NCBI RefSeq assembly: GCF_036588685.1 | Contig: NC_086386.1 | Coordinates: forward strand, 18,042,001-18,106,000 | Reading direction: 5' to 3' | DNA length: 64,000 bases | DNA from: Mytilus trossulus | Lineage: Eukaryota | Part shown: in pieces, positions 1 to 12,600 of the stretch | Layout: each line of letters starts with the position of its first letter | Position numbering within the stretch: the first letter of the stretch is position 1 | Position numbers and translations under genes: made by a program | The notes under the pieces: model-generated | Told to the model about the DNA's origin: nothing | What the model saw: only the letters and a program-made list of their open reading frames with translations | Database searches by the model: none

Positions 1-170
1 TCTTAACCTAAGTCATTGTATGCATATTAGCCCAGCGGAACAGTACATAACTAGTAAGAGTTATTTGTCTTTGAGCACTTCGTATGAATATCTTGCATAA
101 ACAATATTGTATAAATCATATATATTTTTTTATCAATAAAGTGAAGTTTTAATGCTTGACTTGCAACACG

Positions 171-3100
171 TCACTTCATTTGCATCACTCCTTTCACAAC
201 TAAAGGACCTTGGTCATAAAACAAAAGTGCAGACCACACTGCAAAGTCTAACTGTATTCCAGATTTTGTATAATGTCTAAAATTTTCAGCTAGATCTTCT
301 GCCTTTTGGTGTTCCATGGGCCATTTCAGTACCATTGGGGGATCGAGAACATTCATAAACCAGCATATTTCTATACACTTGTCCATATATTTATTCACAT
401 TAAAATTGTCTTGATATTTTTGAAGGCTCGGACGTAGTTCAGTCGTTTTGAAATCCTAAAATAACCATAAACATTTTAATCATTTTTGATAATTTTATTT
501 CTATCAATATGTTATCAACCATGCTTTAAAAAACAGCTGCATATTTGTTAACCTGCGTTACAAGAAATTTTGAATTGAATTTTGAGACAACCTGCAGCAT
601 ACATTGTGTGTCAATCTTTCGCTTATAGTTATTCTGTCTTGCTTATATAGTTCCCTGTTCCAATCCATTTGTTGTTTTGAGTCAACGGATACTATTTCTA
701 ACTTTCCTATCTTTCTGTAAAAATAACACCATCATCTTTGCACCGTAATATCATCAACAAATTTTTATCATCTACCAATTACTTGATTGCATGTGTAGTC
801 AATAATACATGACATATACATTCCTAAAATATGTAATACAGTTTTGATTGATTGATTGATTGCTTAAAGTCCAGTGGCAAATAGTTCATGCAAGTTCAGG
901 GCGAAGACAGTTTTGAATGATTATCTGCTCTTGAAAATAATTTAGCTTGAGGTAGGAATCTTAATGGTTATTTCTTGAAATGAATTTAATATCGATATAT
1001 AAAACATAAATGTGTCACGAGCGCCGGTAAGCTTTGCGGCACCTATGTTATATACATTACCTGAATCAGAGCCTGGATGCTTAATTTCGCTGTCTCTTTG
1101 ACACAAGTTTTAGCATACCGCTGAAACTTGCTATTGTGTATCACACTCGGATTTGTAACCTTAAAATAAAAAAATCGAACAGATTTGCACACAATGAATT
1201 ACTTCAATTCTATTGGATCTAGATTTAGTATGTATATTCTACATTTCTGACATCTGCTTGCATTTATACAACATCTTATATACTGTTACCAAAATGCAGA
1301 TCAATGTTCATGCATTTGTCAGAAGAAAGTGGTAAATCTAAAGAACAGGACAGACACAAATAATTTAACACATTGCCGAATACTTTCAACTCATTAAAAA
1401 ATACTATTTTCATCTATTAAAGAAACAAGAAACATCACATGATTGATCTTACTGCTCTTGGCGTATTCCCTTAGTACCTCAACCAACACGCAAGTTGAAA
1501 AAAAAGTCGCTACGAAATATATCCTTTTGATTCAGTTAGACCTTCATATTCTATGAATTATTTTTTTTATTAAAACTTCATTTATATACTCCGTACTCAA
1601 CAACATAATGTGTTGTAATGTTTGGCAATAAAACTGTATGTACAGTCTCAGTAAATTCATTGTAGTTTTTCAAGTGAATTGTTGAGGTGATTTTTTTTAC
1701 TATAATGTCTTTGTTTATGCATGGATGTTTAAAATAAACAATCGTACTTTTTCTTTTGTACTGCTTACTGGATCTAACATCGTCTGTTCCAATTGTAGTG
1801 CGATATTGTCTACCAGAGCTGGAACTCGTTTTACTGTATATACGTAAATATTCTAAAACAATATATAAAGTCATTAATAAAAGCTAGGAAAAAAACAACA
1901 TCATAAAAACACGTAACTAGTCTTATATCTTCAGTTCTAGTACTGAATAGCAATAAAACTTCAAACCTTCAAAAGTAAAACATTTTGGAAAAATTCAATG
2001 TCATATTCTTAACTTTTTTTCAATCGATGTAATTCTTCGAGAATTTTCTATTCTTATCGAAAGAAGGTCATATGTTGAACGTAAATTTGACCGTAAATTT
2101 ACCAGATAATGAAGGCGCTCGAGACCAAAAGTATGGGAAGCCATAAAACGTTGATAATCATGGCATTGACTTCCATTTATACATAAAAAGATACTGTTTT
2201 TGTTTTAGTACAATTGCATGAAATACAAAAAATTAAAAGCAACCTAAGATATATATTTTAAGTAATGCTAGTACCTAGGCACTAGATATGGAGCGTCAAT
2301 AGCACATTTGGACTGACAATTCACTTGCAATTGAAAAAAAAAAGCCGACACATAAATTCTTACAAATACACTTTAGTAAAAATTAATAATAATAGTAATA
2401 ATAACTACCCTTAGAACATCATCTAGATAAACAATGATTTCTCTTTCTATATTTTGCTTCTGTCCTTCAAGCCTGGCAATTGCATCAAAAGCGTCTGTCC
2501 ACTCGTTGTCGTACAGTGCAGAGAATTGTTCCGCTACCTTTGTAGGTCTGTTGGTATCAGATATGTCAGTTATCATTGGATTCTGATTATGGATTGAATA
2601 ACTGGCTTCTTGACCTCTTCTGGATGAAAGCAATTAGATATTTATCTCAAACTATAATGTTTTAAACACGACATGGAAACCATCTTAGGTAATGTTCATC
2701 AAACTTGAGAACTAGTTGCATTTGTCATACTGTTATAATATTGCTTATCTTTTTTACTAGTCAATTTAAACAATTAAGACCATTTGGATAACGAGTTGGT
2801 TCATTGCCATTGGCACTAATACCACATCTTCTTATATCTAAGAATGTAAAAAGTACACCCATTCATACCTTTCGGTTATTTCTGTAGTGTTGTGTTGATG
2901 CAGAAGTCTGCTGTTGACCAAATCTTGACCATGCGGTCTATCATCTGCTGTATAATTATCCATAAGCTTGTAAGAGGGGTTCAGTCTGAGAATAAATTCA
3001 ATACTTGTATAAAGAACAAACAGGTTTGATCCTCGAAAATCAACATCGGAAAAAAACACTCTTCTTTTAATAAATATATAATTAGATTTCAGCAGTTTTT

Positions 3101-6100
3101 TTAAGGCAGTTTCAATTTAGATTTGAAATACTTGTAAATCATTTGAAAACTTAACTATCATTTCTTTTCTCAAGATTGAAAATGTTTTCGTTTATTTCTT
3201 TCCGATCAAATATAATACTATTTTCATACTACCTAAATAAAAGACAAGGTTCATGTACTTACAATGAATACGTAACCTCTTTCAACTTCGGTTGCTTTTC
3301 CTTATCATTTGAATCTTTACTTTCCGATGTTGGTAGAACCTGCAAAATCCGTTTTGAAAGTAACATGCATTTCTTTTAGGCTCATAACATATAATAACCT
3401 TCGTTATATCCTAGCATTTTGTTTTATTTCGTAACTCTCGATATGTTTCTAAATCATACTATACAACAAAAGAAACACATAATTTATAGTCTGAGATAAT
3501 CATAGTATTTAATGTATGTAATGGAAAGTATCCGGGGTTAGACTTAATAGAGCAGTTTGCATTCAATGGAAGAGCCTGTTATCCAGTAGTTGTTGGTTCT
3601 TTGCCACATGTCATAACTGTTTTTTGTTTATTTCACCAATTGATTGACTTTTTGATTGTCGGAGCCTTATATAGCATATTCAACGGCAATATGTATGTTG
3701 TTTTTTGCAGGTCGTGTTGTGACCTGTGGTTGTTTTCATCTTTCTTGTCCTGTGGTGCATTGGTTAATAAATGTGGCGTCTACAATCGCTACATCTGCTT
3801 ATTCTAATCAGCGGGGTGAGGAAAATCCGACCACATTTAGTACAGAATATCTTTTCTCTATGTTGATGTAATACATTAATGTAGAACGACTGAAAGGGAA
3901 AAGGAGCGGGTCTGCTGAATGTCTGCATATAGCAATTTAGTGTCTCAATACCAAATCACAATACACATTGACAAGCAACATGCGTTTGATTGGAAACATC
4001 ATACCTGTATAGTGTTATGAAATACATACTACTTTCCATAGCAAAAACTAGCGAAATCCGAATAAAACATTGTAATCTACAAACGAACCTTTTTCTTATA
4101 GAATGATTCAATTATCTGGTAATCAGAAATAGCTTCACTGGCTTTGTTTTTCATGTCTGTGAACTTTCCCTTTTCTGCAAGTTTGATAAGATCTCGTAAG
4201 CCTTTCACCTTTGAAATATAAAACAGTATTGTAACAATTAATGTAAAGGACCGTGAGTTTCTAGAGGTTGAATTGATTGATGTTTTTTCGTCATTCAAAA
4301 GATGTCATAGGCTTGGATTTGTAAGATCGCTTGAAGAGATTGAACTTTTTATATACCTTCAAATACCGAGATGAGCGCCATTAATGTTTTGTCTATTAAA
4401 AGAATGTGTACCAAATTAAAATCAGCTATTTCTTTTGTTGTATATGAACATGTTTAAAATCTATTTTTGTAATTGTCAGTTACTTTGAACTTTTGATTTT
4501 TCAGAACTTCTAAGAGCTAAGTATATTTTCTTTTGCATTCTGTTTGGAAAACATTATATATCTATTCGAGCTGACTTTATTTTTTAAACTCAAGTAAAAC
4601 TGTGAAGATACCGCGTTTTATTTATTTTGTTTCTGGACATTTTTATTTTTTTTGGAATTTCATTTTAAAATAAGATACATTTCTTGTCTAAAAGATAACA
4701 GGATTTTTGCTTCTGAATGTTTTTGAGAAGTAAATGGGAAAAACTAGCATTCTTCGTCAAGAGATCAATTGTCAGAGGCTCAATGACTTTGTACTTAGAC
4801 GACGAAAGTATTCAAAATATACATTTATTCACCAACGATGGAATAGCATTTACTGTATTTTGATCAGGTTAATTTCGGACGTATGTTGTTTAAACTAAAA
4901 CATCTGATATACACAACAATTTTGTTCTGCGCTTTGCTTAATGGTAACATCTTTACAATTTGTTTCATACTTTGTTAGTTGCTTGTAAGTTTTGCTTGAG
5001 CATGCTTAAGATAATTAATCTCACATTTAATTCATCGATGAGTGGAACATTATTTATGATGTCGTCGATAGCAGAAGACGCCCTTTTAGCATCGCCAGCA
5101 GTCGGGTGTGCAACCGGTTTTTGAACATCGTGGATAAATCTGTCCAGAACTGAGAAGGAAAACTGTAACTAAAATTGCAAAATAAAAAGTGAATGTTATA
5201 TTAAGGTACAATTTTATTATTAACCATTTTATCAAGTCACAGTGATACATTGAATATTACTACGAACGAAAAGCAATAAACATTATAACATGTCGAAAAT
5301 GTAAAACGAACATCACCATGTGTCGTCAAAGTAAAAATGTTATATTGAAAAATCAACACAAAGCTGCTACTAAGACAATCATAACTGGAACAGGGAAATA
5401 AAAGTCGGCTCAATTATAAAAAAAAAAAGGATACTTAAACACCGAGCTCCAAGAAAAAAATCAACCGGAAAGTCCCTAATCAAATGGCAAAATCAAAATC
5501 TCAAACACACAAAACGAATAGATAATAAAAAGTAAAATCACAAAAATACTGAACTCCGACAAAAATTCAAGAAAGAAAGCTCATCAAATCGCAAAATCAA
5601 AAGCTCAAACACATCAAACGAATGGTATACAAAAGTCACCTTCTGGACTTGATATCTATGATCATGCCTGCCCCTTATTGATATAGGGTTAGAAATCAAC
5701 AGCTAATTATCCCGTAGAATTAGTTACAGCACGCTTAACAGTTTTTATACAACTGAAGAACGTAATTCTGATCGCTTTTGTCAATAACTTATAATTTAAT
5801 TTACAATGAGATCGGCTACTCCTTATGTAGTTGGGCAAACATCACCACTCAAACCTCAACTACTTCTACTCAAGTACCATTACTTATCATAGATACCGTG
5901 AATACAGTTTGCTGGGTATGCTAAGGATCTAAATGTTTATTGAATATTCGTTAGTTTAAACATATTTTCTTGTTCAAAATGACAAAAGGATCAGACACAA
6001 GTTTTACAACTTAGTAACGTCTTCTCCAAAACAAATACAAAAAATACACATTAATTAATGAACATATGAAATATTTCTTACTAACAAATAATTTAAGAAT

Positions 6101-6411
6101 AAAGACATGAAAACAAAAGGAAACTTTTTGAAGCGAATCAATGGATTTTAATCGAGTGCATCCTTTTACAGTATAAATACGACACAAACACACCGAATAG
6201 TTAGTGGAATTACCTATACCTATAACAAAGAAGGACAATGTATGACGAACATTAGAATTTTAAGTGTATCAAAAACTGATGTTGTACTATATTATTTCAT
6301 TCTAGAAGGTGAAAAGGTTGCAAATTTTTCAACTTGGAAAACACCCAAACAAATATTGATTATGAAATACAGAATAAAATGATTATTTACATTTCGACTT
6401 ACTTTTGACAT
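171..6411 (-). CDS. G1: MIEAP/SPATA18-like C-terminal domain protein, N-terminal class A, ~386 aa, 9 coding exons
   Basis: Hand-spliced GT-AG exons: 6411-6403 (MSK, tentative), 5162-5025, 4208-4089, 3339-3263, 2985-2869, 2619-2409, 1852-1748, 1159-1061, 455-171. These join into one open frame of 1161 nt. Motifs NPMITDISDTNRPTKVAEQFSALYDNEWTDAF, CIEICWFMNVLDPPMVLKW and VWSALLFYDQGPLVVKGV match my recollection of the MIEAP domain. Confidence 0.85.
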
Positions 6412-6909
6412 TATTGTAATTCCTTCTTTAACTGATACTTAAATACAACCTACGTTTGAAACACAAATGACTTTAATCTAATAGTATCTTTACCAGCTAT
6501 TTAAATACATGTTATCTTTTGATTAATCAATAAAATATAATAATGGATGGTATTTAACAGATTGGCAGTAACAATACAAGTACCAAATATATATAAATAA
6601 CGAACATTCATTTGTGCATAGCAAACTCAAAAGGTGAATTGGTGAATTGTTTTGTTTTGAAACTTGTCTTCATCATTATATTGTTAAACTAAATTACAAA
6701 TTAAGCATGTCTAGATACTAAATGATATTACCTTATATATACTTTGTTGTTAGGATTACATAAATCGCTATTTTTTTAAAAAAATATAGAAATAATTTCG
6801 GGTCCTCAAGACACTTTAATTCGTACTATATTTGGCCCTTATAACTTTTTATTTGAGCGTCACTGATTAGCCTCTAGAAGACGAAACGCGCACCAGGCTT
6901 ACACAATAT

Positions 6910-7202
6910 TTAGTTTAAACATATTTATTTATAGTGGATTGGGAAACAAGTTTTTGCAACTTATATTAATCCCTTTCCACTTTGCGGGTGCGAGTGCTGC
7001 CTTGTAGCGGCATTAGCCTACTCTTTTTCGAAATCTACAAGGGTGTCTTTAACGTGCAATAGATGTGGCTCTCTCTTAACACGGGTCAGCCATTTATCGT
7101 CCCTTTCCGACGGACTATCATCGTTTCCTCAAGACCATACTCGCAGATGGTGTCAAGGGAGAGCCGAAAATTGAGTTCCTGAAATTTCCATCCCAAACGG
7201 GA
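6910..7202 (-). mobile_element. 5'-truncated copy of the same SINE
   Basis: Aligns by eye with 44080-44360. Contains TGCACGTTAAAGACACCCTTGTAGATTTCGAAAAAGAGTAGG on the minus strand, reminiscent of Deu/Nin SINE cores. Confidence 0.65.
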
Positions 7203-8904
7203 ATATTAATCCTGTTGTATACGATGAGATTATAACTGTGATAATACCAGCAGTACATCAATAAAACTTTTGATATCTTGAAAATTTGTATGACACTGTA
7301 TACAACCCAAGATTGAAGTTTTTAACTTCGCAAGAAAGATTTGTATATGAACAATACAGTCCACATATATGGCATCATAATAACAAATTAGGAAGACCAT
7401 CTAGGCAAATTCATTCAATTTGTGTTATGTTATCGCATAACGTTGTAGACCTCCATTATAACATTTGTGTATTACAAAAGAACACCAGATTGTACATAAT
7501 TAGTCAAATATGTTCTTGCGAAACCACCATTAAACAAACTTTTTACAAAACTTCATTTTGCTTTTGGTTGACATATTTGTTTCTTTTTATTGTGATTATT
7601 ACTATAACACAATGTAGACTGCTGTGGCCCTAATTTTGACTTCTTTGCTTATTGTTGCTGTTTGCTTTGTTCGCGTATGGTTGTCAATATGGTGGAACTT
7701 TGTGCGACTGTCGTACTGGTGGGAGGTTTGGCTAGCTATTAAACCAGGTTCAATCCTACCTAATCGACTTAAGAAAATACCTGTACCAAGTAAGGAGTGT
7801 CCCTTTTGTAATCAGTCGCTTGATGTATTTCAGCTTTTAATTTTGCCATTTGATCAGGGACTTGCTGTTATGAATTTTCCTCGGAATGTGGTATTTTTGT
7901 CATTTTACTTTTTTCGATAGTAATTTTGAAATTCTGTCTTCGATGACATATAAAAAAAAATGACAAAAACAAAAATATGGTGATTTCATTTTTTTTTAAA
8001 GAAACACAGCTTGGATATGAATTAACAACTATAAATAGTTGGCACATCTTGAGCATTCACCTCAAACGATAATAAAACCTTTAAGCAGATTTATTAAGAA
8101 TGGATACAGATACGATACTGTCATTAAAGATTGCATATTTTTACATTAGTATTGATTCTTTTAAATGATCTTTGCATCGGATTTAAACATATTTATCATA
8201 AATCTAGTTGTTGGCATGATAAGGGTTATGTTCTTCTCATTTATCTAATGATGCTATAATACTTGACCTCTAATGAGAGGGATGGTTCTCGATACTGGTA
8301 TTCATATGATGAAAACATAATTTTTCAATCAGTTTAATTGAGGTCTAGAGCTGGCATGTCAATAACTGCTAGTAGTCCTTTGTGAATATATGTATCATTA
8401 AAAGTTTGTTTAGTTTCTTTTGTTACCTATTCTGACATCGGACTCGGACTTCTTTTAAACTGAGTTTTACTGTGCGTATTGTTTTGTGTGTTTTCTACAT
8501 TAGCTAGAGACACGAAAAGGGGAAGGTTGAGATCTCAGACAACACCTTTAACCTCGCTGTAGTTTTTAGCCTGAAACCTCTGGCCTTTGTTAGTCTTGTA
8601 GGCTTTTCAATTTTAGTTTTTTTTTTGTTTTTTTTTTATATATATTTCAGAGTTTAGTTTGACGTCCATTATCACCGAACATGTATAGATTTTGTTTATG
8701 GGGCCAGCTGAAGCACGCCTCCTAGTGCGGGTTTTTATCGATTTATTGAAAACCCATTGGTGGCCCTCGGCTGTTATCTGCTTTTTTGTAGGGTTGATAT
8801 CTCTTTGACACATTCCAAATTTCGATTCTTATTTATTTTATATGTTACATCAAAGGATTTTAACTAAATTAAATTGACAGAATTATATTACTCATGTTAT
8901 ATTT

Positions 8905-9090
8905 GTTATTCTCGTGGTGTTTTGTCTGATGCTTGGTCCGTTTCTGTGTGTGTTACGTTTCGGTGTTATGTCGTTGTTCTCCTCTTATATTTAATGCGTT
9001 TCCCTCGGTTTTAGTTTGATACCCCGATTTGGTTTTTTGTCCATGGATTTATGAGTTTTGAACAGCGGTATACTACTGTTGCCTTTATTT
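8905..9090 (+). repeat. Interspersed repeat family 4 (…GCGTTTCCCTCGGTTTT…TTTTGAACAGCGGTATACTACTGTTGCCTTTA)
   Basis: Further copies at ~60176-60340, 17770-17860, 60870-61150 (tandem partial pair) and, reversed, 30533-30670 and 32195-32320. Confidence 0.75.
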
Positions 9091-9647
9091 ATTGCAACAG
9101 AAACTGCTGATTCCAGTGGAGGAGCACTAACATTCAACACGGGCTTATGTTAGGTTTGTTTTGCTCATTCTATAATTATATGTGTGGCGTTTTTTTTTTT
9201 ATTGCAGTTAGTCTCTTGTTTTTGTTTGCTCATGGGTTTGTTTTGACTTGAAGAATTTGCTTACCTACTTGTCTTTGCCTACTTATATTTTGTTTAAATT
9301 AAATGTTGAACTTAAAATCGCTGTTTCTTATGAAGCCATATTTTGTTATAATCGTCTGGATAATTAAAAGGAATAAATCTCACTCCCTTCTGAATTGGTA
9401 CAATTGATTCATGAATAAATATATGATTTTTTTCAATTATTTGTTTAAACTTTTTTTGAGAAAAAAATTAATGTAAAAGTGAATCTCAACAATCGTAGTG
9501 TGGGAAGATAACTATTAAAAAGGTTGCTTATACATCTTCACGTCATTTCAGATCAATCACTGCGCAACGTAATTAACGACAACGGAAGTGAAATATTTAC
9601 GACCTCATTAGTGTATACGAGTTTATTACATGACTAAGCATTCGTAA

Positions 9648-12600
9648 TCATTTCAGCTGCACCACACCTCTAACCATAGTTGGTCCACCCTCATTTAATA
9701 ATAAAGCTGGCCATACACCATGGTCAAAATCAGTCCCAAATTTTGTAAAATATCTAAAGTAATGAAATAATTTGTCTTTAGTTGCATCTGATGGCCAAAC
9801 AAGCACCATAGGAGTCTCCATTACATTGATATTCCATGAAAATTGAGAACAATTGTCAATGAAATTATTCACTTTGTCCAAGCTGAGATATGGTTTGAGC
9901 TGCCGAGAAATCTGCGTTGCTGTAAAGTCCTGTGGTAATACAAAACACGAATGATATCAATAATAACGGAGTCATAAATAAATAAAAAGATTCCTTTCTA
10001 TTTGTTTTCGCAAATATAATCTTGATTATCAAAAAGCTTCCATATTTCTGATTTTTTTTTTTACAAAGTTCATATCAAAAACTATTGGAGATCCGACGAG
10101 AGATAAAGGCAACAAAAACGTAACGATCTGGGGCCGGTTGTTCAACTTGTCGTTAACTTAACGGTAGCGTTAGCCTTAACGTGTCGTTAAAAAGTTTAAC
10201 GTGGCGTTACTTAACGGAAGGTTAAAAAGCTGTTGTTCAAGTTGATTTAACGGTAGCGTTAGCTAACGTGACCGTTAACAAATCTTAACCTGTCGTTAAA
10301 TTTTAACTATGGTTTAGAGGCTATTTTAGTTACCCATAATTCAGATTTTCTGAACTTCCCCCATAAACAAATATGGCCGACTTGTCATCTGCTAGTGCAT
10401 GCAATCAGTCTAATGCTAAGAAAACAAGGGAAAGAAAGCCAAATTTTTCAGAAGCAGAGGTAAATCTTCTCCAAGATGAGGTAGAAAAGAATTATGCAGT
10501 CATTAATGACAAATTTGGAAGTTCTTTGACAAATAAAAGAAAAACTGCAGTCTGGGGAAGAATTTCAGTGATGGTGTCTTCTCTTGGTGTTGCCCATAGG
10601 TCAGCCAAGGAGTGTAAAGATAAATGGGGCAACACCAAGAAAGAGGCAAAGAAGATCTTTTCTGTAAACAAGAGAGACCAGGGGAAAACAGGTGGTGGAC
10701 CACAGGCTAAGCCAGTGAGTGTGGCAGTGCACAGAACCATAGATCTGTGCAAGGACTCTGCTTCCTTCAAGGGCATAGGAGGTGTAGAAAGCTGCATCAT
10801 TGGTTAGCAAAATTTAACGGAGCGTTAGTGCTAACGACAAGTTGAACAACCGGCCCCTGATGTTACTGGCTGAGAAACGTCCCCCATTTTGTGATGAAAA
10901 TACTATGATGGGGTATAGTTTTGGGGATCATATGAAAATTCATTTAAATGTTTTAAGCTAAACTAGCTTTTATTTGATAAATTTTATACTTATGTCTGCT
11001 TCATAGAAAAATACTTTCTTTTTATCCTTATGTTATACTATATGAATACCTCGATCTTATGTGTTCAAATTTATGAAAATAACTTTTTTTCAATTTTGCA
11101 ACATTTAAATCTATGTCAGGCTTACCCTTTCGGAGCACCTGAGATCACCCTTAGTTTTTGGTGTGGTTGGTGTTGTTTATTCTTTAGTTTTCTATGTTGT
11201 GTCATGTGTACTATAGTTTGTCTGTTTGTTTTCTTCAATTTTATCCATGGCTTTGTCAGTTTATTTTTGATTTATGAGTTTGACTGTCCCTCTGGTATCT
11301 TTCGTCCCTCTTTTAGACTGAATGTTTCATCATAATACAGTTCACTTCAATAACTATCTTTTTACAGTTCACATTGTGACAATTCTTCACTTATATGTTT
11401 TTATTCATTCTAGTTTCAATGGTCAAATAGCTATAAACACAAACATAAATGTCTAATACTGCAATATGTACGATCATCATACTATCCTGGAATTTTACCT
11501 TTATTAATAGTGGTAGACTGTAGCGTATTGTATCTCTCACTGCCATCCTCGCATATGGTAAAACTGTTTGGTATTCTCTTTCAGTTGTGTTCACTGTCTT
11601 TGTTGTCTGAAATATACACAAATTAGTTCAAATGCATGACTAGCAGGAATTTGATTCTCAAAACTTGGTATACAATTTCATAAAAATAATTTTGAATGTT
11701 TTTTGTAAAAATCAATAAATGCTCACATGTATATTTCACAAAAATCGAAAGAAAGATCATTGCTGTTTTGCTGTTGGTTTGTTATTTGCGTGCGTAATGT
11801 TTGTTTTCTATTCACCTATAACTGTGTCTGTCATAAAAGTTTATTCTATGTTAAAATAAGTAGACAAAAGTCCAAATGGCGTACCAATTGAAAGTCAACG
11901 TACGGATTTTTACATTGAGCAAGGTAATATGGCATTGCAAGATTTAAAGGACCCGAAATACTATGTAATTATATCCTTATATTGCCAATTTTAGTTTTAG
12001 GTATTGTCTGCACTATGTATGTTGTATAAAATAACGTAAATAAGAAAAATATCCCTATATAAAATTCATACCTCACTGCCAAAGTCAGTCGTTCAAATAT
12101 TCTAACTGACTTTTTTTGTCCTTTTTTACTGAGTAATTGTAGCTGTCCGTCTTTGATTTGATATCTTTATATGTTTTGCTACCTACGTCATGTGTAGAAT
12201 TAATAACATACCAACTACAACTTACAGATGCAGGTGTTCTACTGGACTTCTGCTTGACGATGATTGGTTCTGTGACTATTTTTGTCATGACAGTTGTCAT
12301 TTGTTTTACCTGATTCGTTACCTTAATCTTAAAATAGTCAAATACAAGCTGCAAAAAATAGATATTGTACAGGTGTGATTACATATTATGTTGACACAAT
12401 GTATATAATCTCCAATTTACATAATTTGGGTCGTTTACAAAGTATTTTCAATAGAACATTAAAATTGATAGGAAAATATTTGGACAAAAGTGATTTTCAA
12501 TTTTCTTAAGGTTGACTTGCCTACTATCTTGTTTGTTCCATTTAAATTATTAGATTCAGACATGAAAGATATTTCATAATGTGTATAAGGGAAATGTAAA

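Noticed and set aside
1578-1874. 98-aa ORF (likewise 26981-27175 and 50930-51133)
   Set aside because: Wrong-frame overlaps of real exons; the spliced frame matches the paralogues.
10373-10807. Domesticated host MSANTD/NAIF1-like gene
   Set aside because: It is enclosed by perfect TIRs and a TSD, so it is transposon cargo.
10492-10810. Three overlapping minus-strand ORFs
   Set aside because: They are antisense shadows of the Myb/SANT ORF.
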